Below, one piece after another: positions 25,643 to 35,463 of a DNA stretch of 64,000 nt. The translations under genes were made by a program, and so were the position numbers. This stretch comes from an uncultured virus (IMG/VR IMGVR_UViG_3300048832_000103) (taxonomy: Duplodnaviria; Heunggongvirae; Uroviricota; Caudoviricetes). Numbering within the stretch: the first letter of the stretch is position 1; every line of letters begins with the position of its first letter. Location: the IMG/VR virus record IMGVR_UViG_3300048832_000103. One strand, written 5' to 3'. The notes below the pieces were generated by a model. It saw only the letters and a list, made by a program, of their open reading frames with translations, had not been told where the DNA came from and ran no database searches.

Positions 25643-26026
25643 GTGGCTAAGGCTATCACACTTTCAGGCGTAGGACAACCGGCCAATGTTCCTTGGCAGT
25701 ATCGTGCATGCACGCCTGTTGAGGTGTTTTCGCCGCCTCTCAACCAGAACGTGACGGTATGCCGCGAGTCGCTTCCAGCGGCCACGCCGACAACGGTTGT
25801 GCCGGCCGCTCCAATACCTATGCCGAAGAAGCGCGGCAGGCCTCGAGGCTCGAAGCCCGGCGCCCTCGACAAGAAGGGTCGACCGATTCACAGGCCGCAG
25901 TTCCCGGCATGCTCCCGATACGAGTGGATTCAGACGAAAAAAGGCCCGCGGTGTAAGTGCACTCGCGGTCAAGGAAAGTATGCCCCGAATGACATGTGTC
26001 GTCGAGGGTCAAACAACGCGGGCTAG
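25643..26026 (+). CDS. Basic protein with AT-hook-like KRGRPRGS and C-terminal Cys-rich module
   Basis: PKKRGRPRGSK and CSRYEWIQTKKGPRCKC...YAPNDMC. Confidence 0.65.
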   Translation: MAKAITLSGVGQPANVPWQYRACTPVEVFSPPLNQNVTVCRESLPAATPTTVVPAAPIPMPKKRGRPRGSKPGALDKKGRPIHRPQFPACSRYEWIQTKKGPRCKCTRGQGKYAPNDMCRRGSNNAG

Positions 26027-26047
26027 CTTTGCCCGTAGGAGGTCGAC

Positions 26048-26542
26048 ATGGGAAAAGACATGATCGCCCGCAACGACGGGCAAGATGAGTCGGATGGCGA
26101 TTTCGGTGCGCTCGACATTCAAGTGTTGAGTGGACTGGACCTCTCTGCTGACAACGTGATCCCGCCGATTCTGGGCGTGGGCGCGGCGGCGATTTCCTCG
26201 CTGCTCGTCCGAAAGTTCGTCGCGCACGAACTCGTCCAGAACTGGGCAGATGCGATTGGCGGCGTGATCGGTGCGGCTCTCTGCATGCCGATCAAATACT
26301 GGAAGGGCGACGAAGCCATGAGCTCTGCCATGGTGTCGTCTCTCGCTTACGGCGTGGTCACAACTGCCGTGAAGAAGCTCGGCCCCATGCTCGGCATCGG
26401 CTATCTGGTTCCCCAGATGAGCGGCCTGGCCATGGAGCGCATGGGCTATCTGCCGCAGATCCCGACCATGTCCGCTCAGCAGGCATCCATTCCACGTGAG
26501 GTCCGTGCGTCCGCTGACATTTCGGCTTTCGGCCGTCCGTAG
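26048..26542 (+). CDS. Multi-TM virion membrane protein immediately upstream of the capsid gene
   Basis: AGGAGG RBS, three hydrophobic segments and strong codon bias. Confidence 0.75.
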   Translation: MGKDMIARNDGQDESDGDFGALDIQVLSGLDLSADNVIPPILGVGAAAISSLLVRKFVAHELVQNWADAIGGVIGAALCMPIKYWKGDEAMSSAMVSSLAYGVVTTAVKKLGPMLGIGYLVPQMSGLAMERMGYLPQIPTMSAQQASIPREVRASADISAFGRP

Positions 26543-26608
26543 TCAGTACGCAAAAACAAATGCCGCTTTAAGGCATAGAAGACCGCAAAGGTCACAAGAG
26601 GTTTCATC

Positions 26609-27717
26609 ATGGCACAGATCAAGAAAATCGAATTCGGCGACGGCTCCCAGGTCACGATCACTGATTGGGGTAAACGGTAATTGCCCCCCACTCCCGTGAG
26701 GGAGATGGGATAACCGGGTGAAGGAGGAAACTCCGGTGCGAGAAGGAAGAAACAACATGAATTCGTGGACTGTTGGAACCCGTTTCCTACAGTTCCCCGA
26801 GTTATATGTGTCGTCATCTTCTCGTGCCTACGGGGAAGCCCGACCGGCCCCTTCTGGGTCGAGGGTAATCCCGTCGGAAGCCTTGGGAAGCACAACAAGT
26901 ACCAAGGAACCGCTAGAGAGCAGAGCGACGAGCAGTGCATGCAGTAATTCGCTCCACGAGTGCCCGGCACCCTTTGAGGGTGAAGATGTGCTCCGATCCT
27001 CGAGGAAACTCGAGAGCTGGGATAAAGAGCCCAGCGAAGACATAGCGGCTAACTGAGGGAACGGATTACCCCCTCTGGTCGCGCATCTGCGTCACGGCGG
27101 CAGGCTTCGGCACGGACCAGGCCTTCTTCCAGTACCAGAGTGGACAGGCGGCGCCTGGCATCACTCTGTCGACCGACCTGGACACGAACATGCTCGCCAA
27201 CGGCCAGCTCCCGGCGTCGCATGAGTTCCTCGTCTACTCGTTCCAGATCATCCCCGATGAGATCCTCGGCGTGGACACGACCGTGGCCGAAGTGACCTAT
27301 GCAGCGGGTCATCACCTCCCCGAAGTGGACGTGACAGCGGGATTCCAGAAGATGAACCAAATCTTCAACTCCCTGCTCTTCCAGTTCCGCATCGAGCAGA
27401 GCAAGACCTACGTGGAAGGCCCCATCGGCTACTTCCCCGCAGGCGGCGGCGCGCACATCGAGCACAACTCGGCTGTGGACGGTCAGGCTTCGGAAGCCGC
27501 GTCCTACATCGAGGCCTATGCGATCCACAACGGTCGCCAAGGTTGGGATCACGTCCGACGTCTGTGGATGCCGATCTACATCGCCGGACTCGAGACGTTC
27601 CGGGGCACCCTGCGTGCTCCCCGCGGCGCGTTCAACACTGACACGCCCATCGATTGGGACTTCGGCATGGGCTTCACCTGCCGCATGACCGGCCCGCGCA
27701 AGCGCCCGACCTACTGA
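26609..27717 (+). CDS. Probable major capsid protein (single jelly-roll-like, 238 aa), join(26609..26671,27064..27717)
   Basis: Exon 1 MAQIKKIEFGDGSQVTITDWG splices in frame to DYPLWSRICV...DTNMLANGQLP...F.VYSFQI...PIYI...ETFRGTL...MTGPRKRP; very strong codon bias; GAGG RBS. Confidence 0.75.
26672..27063 (+). ncRNA. Group I self-splicing intron, 392 nt, without a homing endonuclease ORF
   Basis: 5' exon ends in U and the intron ends in omega-G; IGS GGTAATT-GCCCC forms P1 (GGGGU) and P10 (GATTACC); P3 CCGGGTG/TGCCCGG, P4 ACGGG/CCCGT, P7 GAGCA/TGCTC within AAGATGTGCTCC, P8 CACCCT/AGGGTG and P9 CTCGAG-GAAA-CTCGAG. Confidence 0.93.
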
Positions 27718-27719
27718 TC

Positions 27720-27809
27720 GGTCGCGTGTTCGAATTCTGCCCCTGGGTGGCTTAAAAAACACCCTTCCCGTTGGCTTGGCTGTCCGGGGGCAGTCTCGAG
27801 AACACGACC
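27720..27809 (+). promoter_or_regulatory. Long stem-loop directly after the capsid gene (mRNA stabiliser or attenuator)
   Basis: ggtcgcgtgttcga..ctgcccctgggtggct pairs with ggctgtccgggggcag..tcgagaacacgacc; no U-tract. Confidence 0.5.
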
Positions 27810-27827
27810 CATAGGAGGCTGTCAGAT

Positions 27828-28700
27828 ATGGGAAAGATGAAATACGTGCCCCACTGGATTCATTCCCGTGTGGTTGTTACATCGATAGGCGACGTTATAG
27901 CCGATCCTGAAGCCTTCATGAACAAGACCATGTGGCCGTTCAAGATCGAGCATCTAACAATCTTCGGTTATCCCCTAGATGTGGCGAATAACTTTTGGCG
28001 TTGGGGTGGTATCGGACCACTTGTTCAGGGTGAAATTGGTATCAGTGGTGCAACCGACGTGAACCTCGTGCCCGCTTATGTGAGCGCTTCATTTGGCCGA
28101 AAAGAGCCGCATCTTCAAACGGGCGCGTTCATGCAGGGAACAACCATGAAGTTCAAACATCCGTATTTGCTCCCACGTGATAGTGGGTTCAATGTCGAGT
28201 GTACTTTGAACATTGATGATTGTGGCACAAACACCTTGGCCACTGCTATGAAGCATGGAATAACGGTGTTTGGCACAAAGGTGCAATCAAATAAGCCTGC
28301 CATGTTTGCGGGTTTGTTCAGACATTTGAACATGCCCACAGGAAGCTCTTTCTCTGTTGAGACGGCAGACCTCTTGAATGATGGTGAAGAAGACGTGTAT
28401 GTCCAGAGCATGCAATTGACGCATCCTATGGCAGACATGCAAAACATCCTTATGGGTGTTTACTGGAAAATAAATCCGATGTCTGGCGTGACTTGGATGG
28501 ACTCACCCATACATATTTCAGGAATTACCCCCTACACTCAAGGGGTGTTTTTACAAAGGGGTATCGCACCATTCTCGTTGACTCCGCTCGAGAACACCTA
28601 CCTTTATCGACGGCAACGGCTTGGAATCAAGTTGACACCTCTGGTGACAGAAGATCAACCCGTCAACTTGACGCTCTTTGGATATTTGGAGGTCGAGTGA
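27828..28700 (+). CDS. Capsid-like protein A (two tandem jelly-roll-like repeats)
   Basis: AGGAGG RBS; repeated F..PY.L......V and L.lFG motifs in both halves; paralog of the next two ORFs. Confidence 0.65.
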   Translation: MGKMKYVPHWIHSRVVVTSIGDVIADPEAFMNKTMWPFKIEHLTIFGYPLDVANNFWRWGGIGPLVQGEIGISGATDVNLVPAYVSASFGRKEPHLQTGAFMQGTTMKFKHPYLLPRDSGFNVECTLNIDDCGTNTLATAMKHGITVFGTKVQSNKPAMFAGLFRHLNMPTGSSFSVETADLLNDGEEDVYVQSMQLTHPMADMQNILMGVYWKINPMSGVTWMDSPIHISGITPYTQGVFLQRGIAPFSLTPLENTYLYRRQRLGIKLTPLVTEDQPVNLTLFGYLEVE

Positions 28701-29578
28701 TGGCTAAGAACTATCTCCCCTTTGCTCGCCGTGTGTACCTCACGGTTCCTGTAGGAGCTCGAAGAGCGGTCCTTCGTGAGCAGTTCTCTAGCGGCATGGG
28801 AAATCGGACATTTTTGTCCGACGTTGCTATCGACTTGGTTGTTGATGACCGCGGGCTAGGAACCCAGTATGATTATACATGGGCAAACGCTCGAACGCTC
28901 ACTGAGCGGGTGTTCATGCGAATGGGAATCTTCGGGCGTCCCTATCTTACCGAAGATTTCTATCCCATCGCCCTGTTCAACGATCTTCCCCTTGAGGAGT
29001 CGGGTGTCTGGCGCTTGCCAAAGCCCTACACGATCTTCCCGGGCGAACGTATGAAGGCCGCTGTGCGCTTCTCCCCAGGCGGCGCGGTTGCCCCCTTGCC
29101 GGATGATGCCTATGCAGGCGCTTGGGCAACATGGCCAAGCATCTCGTTCCATGGGGTGCGGCGGGATAACAATTGGCCAATCGTTCTTTATGACACCTTC
29201 CCTTCGACGTTTAATGGTGCAGATGTGTTCGTGAACCCCCCACTTGGAACGCCAACGATTCTGCAAGGCCCTCGGTTGCAGTGTCCCCAGGAAACTGAAG
29301 TCGACATTTACGCCGTCAAACACCCGACCACGGGTGGTGCTGGCGGAAATCAAAACCCTGGTGTGCAGATTTGGAGCCCTGATGGGCGCAAGTGGTGGGA
29401 AAACGATCTATGGCCTGAAATCCTACTGCCGACCTTTATCATCAAGGATCTTCGCGGCCCTGAATGGGTTCTTGATTCTAGCGAGACCTTGCTGCTTGAG
29501 TTTGAGAATCTTGGAGAATACGCCTTCACGAATGTTCTCGTGCTCACATTGCGCGGCCAGGTCGAGGTAGAGATATGA
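28700..29578 (+). CDS. Capsid-like protein B (paralog)
   Basis: WRLPKPYTIFPGERM, ISFHG....N.P, P.G.KW and LTLRGQVEVE; TGATG coupling. Confidence 0.65.
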   Translation: MAKNYLPFARRVYLTVPVGARRAVLREQFSSGMGNRTFLSDVAIDLVVDDRGLGTQYDYTWANARTLTERVFMRMGIFGRPYLTEDFYPIALFNDLPLEESGVWRLPKPYTIFPGERMKAAVRFSPGGAVAPLPDDAYAGAWATWPSISFHGVRRDNNWPIVLYDTFPSTFNGADVFVNPPLGTPTILQGPRLQCPQETEVDIYAVKHPTTGGAGGNQNPGVQIWSPDGRKWWENDLWPEILLPTFIIKDLRGPEWVLDSSETLLLEFENLGEYAFTNVLVLTLRGQVEVEI

Positions 29579-30630
29579 AAAACATTTTTGTAACAACCCC
29601 AGGTGTCCCACGACCTACGCTTGCCTCGAGGTTCACAGCCATAAAGGGTGAGCGCCCGAAGACTTTGACAGAAGTTCCGGCCGGTGAGGCTGTTTCCGAA
29701 GTATATCCGTGGATTTCCAGTTTGAAGCAGGTTATTTCGGGTGTTGCACAAACCGAGACGCGGATTGTTCGTGCTGGTTATGGTTCGTCGGCTTTCATCA
29801 ACAATACCGACCGGTTCATCAACATCAAGCAGCTTCGAATCTTTTGCATTGCGCCCGTTGGCGCGACTCTCACAATGGGCAACTTGATGATAGGTAATCG
29901 TTTAGGAATCAAGGTTCGGCATACTGATTTTGAAGTAGTGTCCGAATGGATTCCTTGTGGTATGCTTGCAACGCATAACAATCTCATTGCGGCATCGCCA
30001 AGACCCAATTTCTGTATGTCGTTGCCGACACCTTATTACTTGCAATCAGGGCATCCCTTCAGGGTCAGGATACGGGCTACGAATCCTTACCATGTTCCTG
30101 ACGTAGACTACACCTTCTTCATGACACTATTTGGCAAAGACCCAAAGAATGGAAAGCCCTATGAGCTTTGCAAGCAGGTAACGATTCCTTACCGTGCCGC
30201 GCCTGCTGTGAGCGATGCGAATCCATTGTATGTCGATGTGGTGTTCGATGAAAATCGAGATTACCCCATGCGCGACATGCTCTTGACGAACATCATCTTT
30301 GCAGCAACGCCCTACACGAGCAACGTTCCGGCCGTGGTTCTGCAATATATTCAACAACTGGATTTTCAGATTATGCCCCCAGAAGGACCGAAGTGGATGG
30401 ACTTCGCAGACTGGGCGCCTGTTGGAAATCTCGTGGACCAGGCGGTTGCAGCGTTCCTGATCATTCATAAGCCCGAGACGCCGATTCCATTCTTGCCAAG
30501 CCAACAAATTGACATTGACGTCAAAGCATTGCTTAATTTGTCGTACAGTCCTAATGGTGAAACATTCACTTTCGAAGCGCCCTTGTGGTTCACTTTGATT
30601 GGAACACAAGAACAGAGGGTGACACGATGA
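29575..30630 (+). CDS. Capsid-like protein C (paralog)
   Basis: LPTPYYLQSGHPF, TLFGK...NGKP, P.GPKWMD and FTLIGTQE. Confidence 0.65.
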   Translation: MKNIFVTTPGVPRPTLASRFTAIKGERPKTLTEVPAGEAVSEVYPWISSLKQVISGVAQTETRIVRAGYGSSAFINNTDRFINIKQLRIFCIAPVGATLTMGNLMIGNRLGIKVRHTDFEVVSEWIPCGMLATHNNLIAASPRPNFCMSLPTPYYLQSGHPFRVRIRATNPYHVPDVDYTFFMTLFGKDPKNGKPYELCKQVTIPYRAAPAVSDANPLYVDVVFDENRDYPMRDMLLTNIIFAATPYTSNVPAVVLQYIQQLDFQIMPPEGPKWMDFADWAPVGNLVDQAVAAFLIIHKPETPIPFLPSQQIDIDVKALLNLSYSPNGETFTFEAPLWFTLIGTQEQRVTR

Positions 30631-30920
30631 GCCAGCTTGACCGCTATATGTTGAAGTCATCGCCCGAAGTGATCGTCAAGGTCCAAGTTCCGTCGCTTGT
30701 CACCCTTTGGGTGGTCCCCGTCGTGGACATGGAAGATGAGACCTTCGAGTCGTCGATGGTCTATATCACGATCAACGACGAGACAAAGTGCCGCTTGTGG
30801 AAGGGGACACCCCTCATGACGAACCGGCTCCACTTCCTGCATCTCGAGGCCGGTGATTCCGTTTGGGCGTGTACTCGTGACCAGGCTCTTGTAGGAATCC
30901 AGATCGACGCGGAGAACTGA
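30627..30920 (+). CDS. Small beta-rich structural protein (penton-like?)
   Basis: ATGA coupling; L.L.AGDSVWA motif. Confidence 0.55.
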   Translation: MSQLDRYMLKSSPEVIVKVQVPSLVTLWVVPVVDMEDETFESSMVYITINDETKCRLWKGTPLMTNRLHFLHLEAGDSVWACTRDQALVGIQIDAEN

Positions 30921-30922
30921 AG

Positions 30923-31474
30923 ATGGACGTCACCTACGGGCATGACCAGCGCTGGCCGGCAAACACATGGATAAACCTGTGGGTTGAGACCTACAATCGC
31001 CCGCCTGTCATGCCCTCGGAGATGCTTCCCGAGCTCGAGGCTCTTGGGCTCGACGTGCTGAATCCCGAAGAGGGTGTGTTCTCCGTGTTCGGCGAATCCT
31101 TGGTGAGCTACGATCCAGACCAAGAGATCGGCAAGTCGCTCGTGATCGTGCGTGACCGTAGTGGTCTTATGACCAAAACCAATTTGATCTCGTCGCTCGC
31201 GCAGGCTCCCTGGACACCCGTCACGTCGGGACCGTCCATGCCCTCTGTGTCATATTGGCCGGGATTGTCCGACACGCTCAAGACGAACCAGGACACGATC
31301 ACGGCGCTGTGGGAAGCTCAAAAAGGCGTCGAGGATGCTTGGAGCTTTGCCAAGTTTTTCGGGACCGTTCTTAAGGTGGGAGCGGTGGGTTTGGTCGGGA
31401 TTGTGTTATACTCGATCTACACCAGAGCCATGCCGGAACCCAGCATGTATTATAAAAGAAAGAGAATCCGATGA
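30923..31474 (+). CDS. Membrane protein (C-terminal TM with basic tail)
   Basis: VLKVGAVGLVGIVLYSIY..KRKRIR. Confidence 0.7.
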   Translation: MDVTYGHDQRWPANTWINLWVETYNRPPVMPSEMLPELEALGLDVLNPEEGVFSVFGESLVSYDPDQEIGKSLVIVRDRSGLMTKTNLISSLAQAPWTPVTSGPSMPSVSYWPGLSDTLKTNQDTITALWEAQKGVEDAWSFAKFFGTVLKVGAVGLVGIVLYSIYTRAMPEPSMYYKRKRIR

Positions 31475-31626
31475 ATACGAATGACAAGATCAAACTCGGA
31501 GCAAGTCTCTTGAAGGCGCTCGTTGCCGGCGCGGCAAAGAACCGTTCACAGCGGTCCAACGAGAATGCAAAGCAGAATACGAACTTGAGCGGCTGTGGAG
31601 GTTGCTCGCGTTCTGATCACAAGTGA
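31471..31626 (+). CDS. 51-aa protein ending LSGCGGCSRSDHK (not in ORF track)
   Basis: ATGA-coupled and fills the gap exactly. Confidence 0.55.
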   Translation: MNTNDKIKLGASLLKALVAGAAKNRSQRSNENAKQNTNLSGCGGCSRSDHK

Positions 31627-31634
31627 GGTGAGTC

Positions 31635-32609
31635 ATGTCAGAACCCTGGGAAGCCGACGAAGACACCAGTTATTGGGATACGACAACGCAGGACTACAGC
31701 TCGCAAGCTGAACGCGATGCAGGTGGTCAGACGTTGGACGAGTCGTGGGAATACCAGACGGACGACTACGGCTACACCAAGCAGGACAACAGCCAAACCA
31801 CAGGCTACAAGGAAGCGCGCAAGACCGAGATCAAGCGGATTCAGACCGCCCTCTTGCGAGCGACCTTCAACCCCGGCACCATCGACGGCTCTTGGGGTCC
31901 GAAGACCTGCTCGGCCATGCTCGCCTTCCAGAAGAGCCGCTTCGGCTCGGCCAAGAAGGCCTGGCTGGATATCGAGACGTGGACCAAGCTTGACTTTGAC
32001 ATGAGCACCTCGAAGCGATTCGAGGATCTCTACGGTCGGTCTTGCGGTGGCACTCCACCGGCCGGCTGGACGGGCGCGGGAAGCGGCACGAATGTCGGAA
32101 TCAACACTACCGAAATCCAGAAGATTCAGTATGGCCTCGGCGTGCTCACAACAGGCAAGTTCGACAAAGCAACGTGCGAGGCGCTCTACAAGAAACAGGC
32201 GGCTCTCGGGGTAAGCGGGTCCGTGCTCACGAAGCGCGTCTTCGAAACGCTCGGCTTCACGACCTCGGACGCTCAGAAGTTGGCTACGCAGCTCGGCACG
32301 GCTTGCACAGCCTACTACAAAGCGGCCGGGACCACAACTGGTGGCGGTGGAAGTGTCACGCCAGCGAAACCGCCGACTCCAAAGCCACCTACCCCGGCAG
32401 TGAAGTGCGCGACGGGTTACACCGCAATCAATGGCAAGTGCACCTTCACAGGATGCCCCATTGGCTACGTCCGAGATTCGAAGGGCGCGTGCGTTCAGCA
32501 ACAAGCCGCAGGGCTCAGTGGATGGTGGATTCTCGCTGGCATGCTCGTCGTGGGCGTTGGCGGGATGATTTTCATGAAAGACCAGAAGCCTGGTAAGAGG
32601 CGCCGATAA
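31635..32609 (+). CDS. Peptidoglycan-binding-domain protein (two repeats) with C-terminal TM
   Basis: IKRIQ.AL....FNPGTIDGSWGPKT..A...FQ; second repeat IQ..LGV..TGKFD..T; C-terminal TM. Confidence 0.8.
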   Translation: MSEPWEADEDTSYWDTTTQDYSSQAERDAGGQTLDESWEYQTDDYGYTKQDNSQTTGYKEARKTEIKRIQTALLRATFNPGTIDGSWGPKTCSAMLAFQKSRFGSAKKAWLDIETWTKLDFDMSTSKRFEDLYGRSCGGTPPAGWTGAGSGTNVGINTTEIQKIQYGLGVLTTGKFDKATCEALYKKQAALGVSGSVLTKRVFETLGFTTSDAQKLATQLGTACTAYYKAAGTTTGGGGSVTPAKPPTPKPPTPAVKCATGYTAINGKCTFTGCPIGYVRDSKGACVQQQAAGLSGWWILAGMLVVGVGGMIFMKDQKPGKRRR

Positions 32610-33289
32610 TGCCAATCGTTCACGCACAATTTGGACTTCCGATTTTCATCGCTGATGACGGTGAAAAACCCCAACGTGGTGCGTTCTTCGCGACGAATGC
32701 CAAATGGACGTTGTCCGGCATTGCGAAGGCGGCGTACAACGACAGTTCGGCGTGGAAGATCATCAACAAGAACGGCTGGAACACCTCGAATCTCGTCTAC
32801 CGAGCAGATTCCACGAATTGCTCTTCGGCAAAGCGTGAGAGCTCGTGGGCGCTCACGACTCTGTCGCCCGTGGCGAGCACGAAGTCGGCATTCATTGCGT
32901 TGTGCCAGCGCGATGCGAAAGCGGTTCTGTCCATTCCGGCGAGGGGCTTCAAGTTTCCAGTGATCTGGATTCCTGACCTCGAGAAGATGCCTTTGCCAGT
33001 CGCCGGGAAGCCTGTTGCGGAACCGGAAACTCAACCGGTCGGGCCGGCCGTGTTCGTCGATGCAGTCAAGGCGGACATTGACATCGCCGTGGACCCCGGC
33101 AAGCCCACGAGCGACGGCTCTGGGAGCGGCTCTGGCGGCGGTTCGGGCGGTGGGTCGTCCATTATCACCCCTGGGACACCACGGCCGCAAGAGGCGGGCA
33201 TGGGACCGTTTGTGCTAATCGGTGGCGGACTGCTCATGTTGCTTGGCCTGTTCATTTGGCCGGTGACGAAAGGCAAGAAGCGTAGATGA
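32609..33289 (+). CDS. LysM-like protein with C-terminal TM
   Basis: WTLSGIAKAAYNDSSAWKIINKN...IWIP, Gly-Ser linker and TM. Confidence 0.6.
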   Translation: MPIVHAQFGLPIFIADDGEKPQRGAFFATNAKWTLSGIAKAAYNDSSAWKIINKNGWNTSNLVYRADSTNCSSAKRESSWALTTLSPVASTKSAFIALCQRDAKAVLSIPARGFKFPVIWIPDLEKMPLPVAGKPVAEPETQPVGPAVFVDAVKADIDIAVDPGKPTSDGSGSGSGGGSGGGSSIITPGTPRPQEAGMGPFVLIGGGLLMLLGLFIWPVTKGKKRR

Positions 33290-33507
33290 GCGCGGCGGTT
33301 GTGAAGCATGTGGAAGTTCTTGAATCTCGCCTTGTGGCGTTGTGTGTCTGGTGCAAGCGTGACGCGGATGACGCAGCGCAGTGGATTTCCTTGAACGGCC
33401 GGCCGGTGGTCCCTCTCTGCTCAAGGTGTCATAAAGACGTTGAACGAGTCGCTCAAGCCATGGTTGTTTTTGGGCGCTTTGTGCTGCCAAAGATGGTGAA
33501 GAAATGA
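33286..33507 (+). CDS. Small zinc-finger protein
   Basis: CVWC...LCSRCH. Confidence 0.55.
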   Translation: MSAAVVKHVEVLESRLVALCVWCKRDADDAAQWISLNGRPVVPLCSRCHKDVERVAQAMVVFGRFVLPKMVKK

Positions 33508-34901
33508 CAGCTAAGTCTCAAGATGTAAAAGTCTTTCCCGGCGATGAGAGCACAAAGTTCCGCTTGCTCGAGCGCACCATCGACACTGGCGCTGACCCCG
33601 CATTTGCCGAGGCGCCGCCCTACATCCTGAACGCCACAGGCAACAATGCCAATGGTGTGGACGTGACCAAGTGGCACTCGGTGACGGTCACGCACACCGC
33701 ACAGGACTATTCCCAAACGGGATGGACTGGGTGTTCGGTGACGTTCATCCCGTGGCGCTACTACAAGCCGATCACTCCCCAAGCAGCGGCAACACCTCCC
33801 GCCGTGAACATCCCGCCGCAAGGTGCATGGATCGCGGACAACGAAGAGACCATCGCCATTGACGCGGTGCTGCTCGGCGTCACTCAGCAAAAGGTGTACT
33901 CGACGCTCAACTGTGATCGCATGTTCTTCCAGATCACGAGCGTTCTGAGCACTGACGAAGAAGAGGCAGTCATTGCCGGCGCCGAGGTCATGCGCCAGTC
34001 AGTGTTCGGCGTGACGCCTCGGCAGGACGATGGATATTCGCCCACCGTGGTCGGCGCGGCTGGCACGGGCGGCTCGGGCGGCGGCGGCACGGTCACGATT
34101 CCAGACCCGATCAACAATAACACGATTCAGTTGGCTGGCAATGCCATCGACCTGCAAGCGGGCAACGTCGCGGCAGGAACCCAACGGGTCACGATTGCCA
34201 CTGACGACGTCAACCTCGCGGCGATAAACACGAACATCGCAGACATCGAGACTGACACCGGGGATATCGTCACCAATACTGGTACGATAGTCACCAATAC
34301 CGGCAACACCGCGACGTCTGTTGCCATCATGGACGACTGGGACGCGGTCCACGATGCAGTGGCCGGGACCGACGGCGTGCGCCTCGAGGGCTATGCGTCC
34401 GACTCACAAGTCACCGCGGTGTCTGCGAATGCGGATGACGTTCGCTTGGCTCTGAGCAAGCACGGCGAGGTCTACGAGGCGAATCACACCTACGCCACGC
34501 AGAGCAACCGCACTGAGGAAATCGACCCCGCCAATCAGTGGTACGAATTCTCAACGTTGGTCGCTGTCACGAACGGCGCCGATGCCACGAATTACTACTA
34601 CATACCCATGGCGGCGTACACCCGCCTGGACATGCAGTTAATCTTGAGCGGTGGCTCTGGTACGGTTACGGTCACTGTCGAAGCTTCCGTGCAAGCAGAC
34701 GGCACGGCTCCCGCAAGCTTGAACTATCTCGACGTCACAAATCAAGCTTACGGCTCGGCAAGCTTCACAGCCAGCATCATGCTAGTGGACAATACGCAGT
34801 TCTTCGGCGCATTCAATTACGTCCGCGTGAAAGTTGTGGCCTCGACGGGCGGCGCGAACGACGGCGATTGGACAATCTACATAAAGAAGACGTGGGAGTA
34901 A
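33504..34901 (+). CDS. Putative spike/fibre structural protein
   Basis: Gly linker, TNTG.IV repeats and a beta-rich C-terminal domain. Confidence 0.65.
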   Translation: MTAKSQDVKVFPGDESTKFRLLERTIDTGADPAFAEAPPYILNATGNNANGVDVTKWHSVTVTHTAQDYSQTGWTGCSVTFIPWRYYKPITPQAAATPPAVNIPPQGAWIADNEETIAIDAVLLGVTQQKVYSTLNCDRMFFQITSVLSTDEEEAVIAGAEVMRQSVFGVTPRQDDGYSPTVVGAAGTGGSGGGGTVTIPDPINNNTIQLAGNAIDLQAGNVAAGTQRVTIATDDVNLAAINTNIADIETDTGDIVTNTGTIVTNTGNTATSVAIMDDWDAVHDAVAGTDGVRLEGYASDSQVTAVSANADDVRLALSKHGEVYEANHTYATQSNRTEEIDPANQWYEFSTLVAVTNGADATNYYYIPMAAYTRLDMQLILSGGSGTVTVTVEASVQADGTAPASLNYLDVTNQAYGSASFTASIMLVDNTQFFGAFNYVRVKVVASTGGANDGDWTIYIKKTWE

Positions 34902-34905
34902 ACCA

Positions 34906-35454
34906 ATGGCGGTACGTGGACGCACAGCGATCTATCCGGTAAAAATCGATCAAACGACCGATTCCGCCGCCGTGGTTGATTATGAACACAAAGAGGTTCA
35001 TACCGGCGACGCCTTCTATGTGACACAGGTTGATGAGGTTGACTCAGCAGGTATCACATCTCATCGTTTTTATCCGCCAAATACTGTAGAGTGGATGCAC
35101 TTCTATTTTTCTATCGAAGCGCAAGCAACCTGCTTGATAGAAATAAGAGAAGGCATAAGTGATGCCCTAGAAGCTAACTCGGGCATACGCAACCGAAATC
35201 GTAATTTTTCCGACGCTTTGTCTACTATGGGTCATGAGAGACAACTCGCCGCTGCTACGGGTGGTACGGTGATATGGTCGTGGGCCAGTGGCGGGGCTAC
35301 TGCGAGTGCCAGAACCCCGGCTGTCACAAGACAAAGTGGTGAGATCGTGTTTAAACAGGGCACAAAATATGAAGTTCGGGTGACTTCAGGTGCCGATGGC
35401 AATATCGTTTCAACTTATTTCACTTGGTATGAGCATACCAATGTTGAAAACTGA
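34906..35454 (+). CDS. Structural protein, paralog 1
   Basis: Shares MAV.GRTA..P.KIDQTT, EH..VHTGD, NRNRN and WYEHTN.EN with the next ORF. Confidence 0.75.
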   Translation: MAVRGRTAIYPVKIDQTTDSAAVVDYEHKEVHTGDAFYVTQVDEVDSAGITSHRFYPPNTVEWMHFYFSIEAQATCLIEIREGISDALEANSGIRNRNRNFSDALSTMGHERQLAAATGGTVIWSWASGGATASARTPAVTRQSGEIVFKQGTKYEVRVTSGADGNIVSTYFTWYEHTNVEN

Positions 35455-35463
35455 GGTGCTATA

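Noticed and set aside
26718..27056. 112-aa ORF inside the intron as a homing endonuclease
   Set aside because: It has no LAGLIDADG, HNH or GIY-YIG motif and runs through the ribozyme core; it is a chance ORF
27190..27717. 175-aa ORF as the complete capsid gene
   Set aside because: The frame is open upstream to the 3' splice site at 27064 and there is no good RBS at 27190; the true start is 26609
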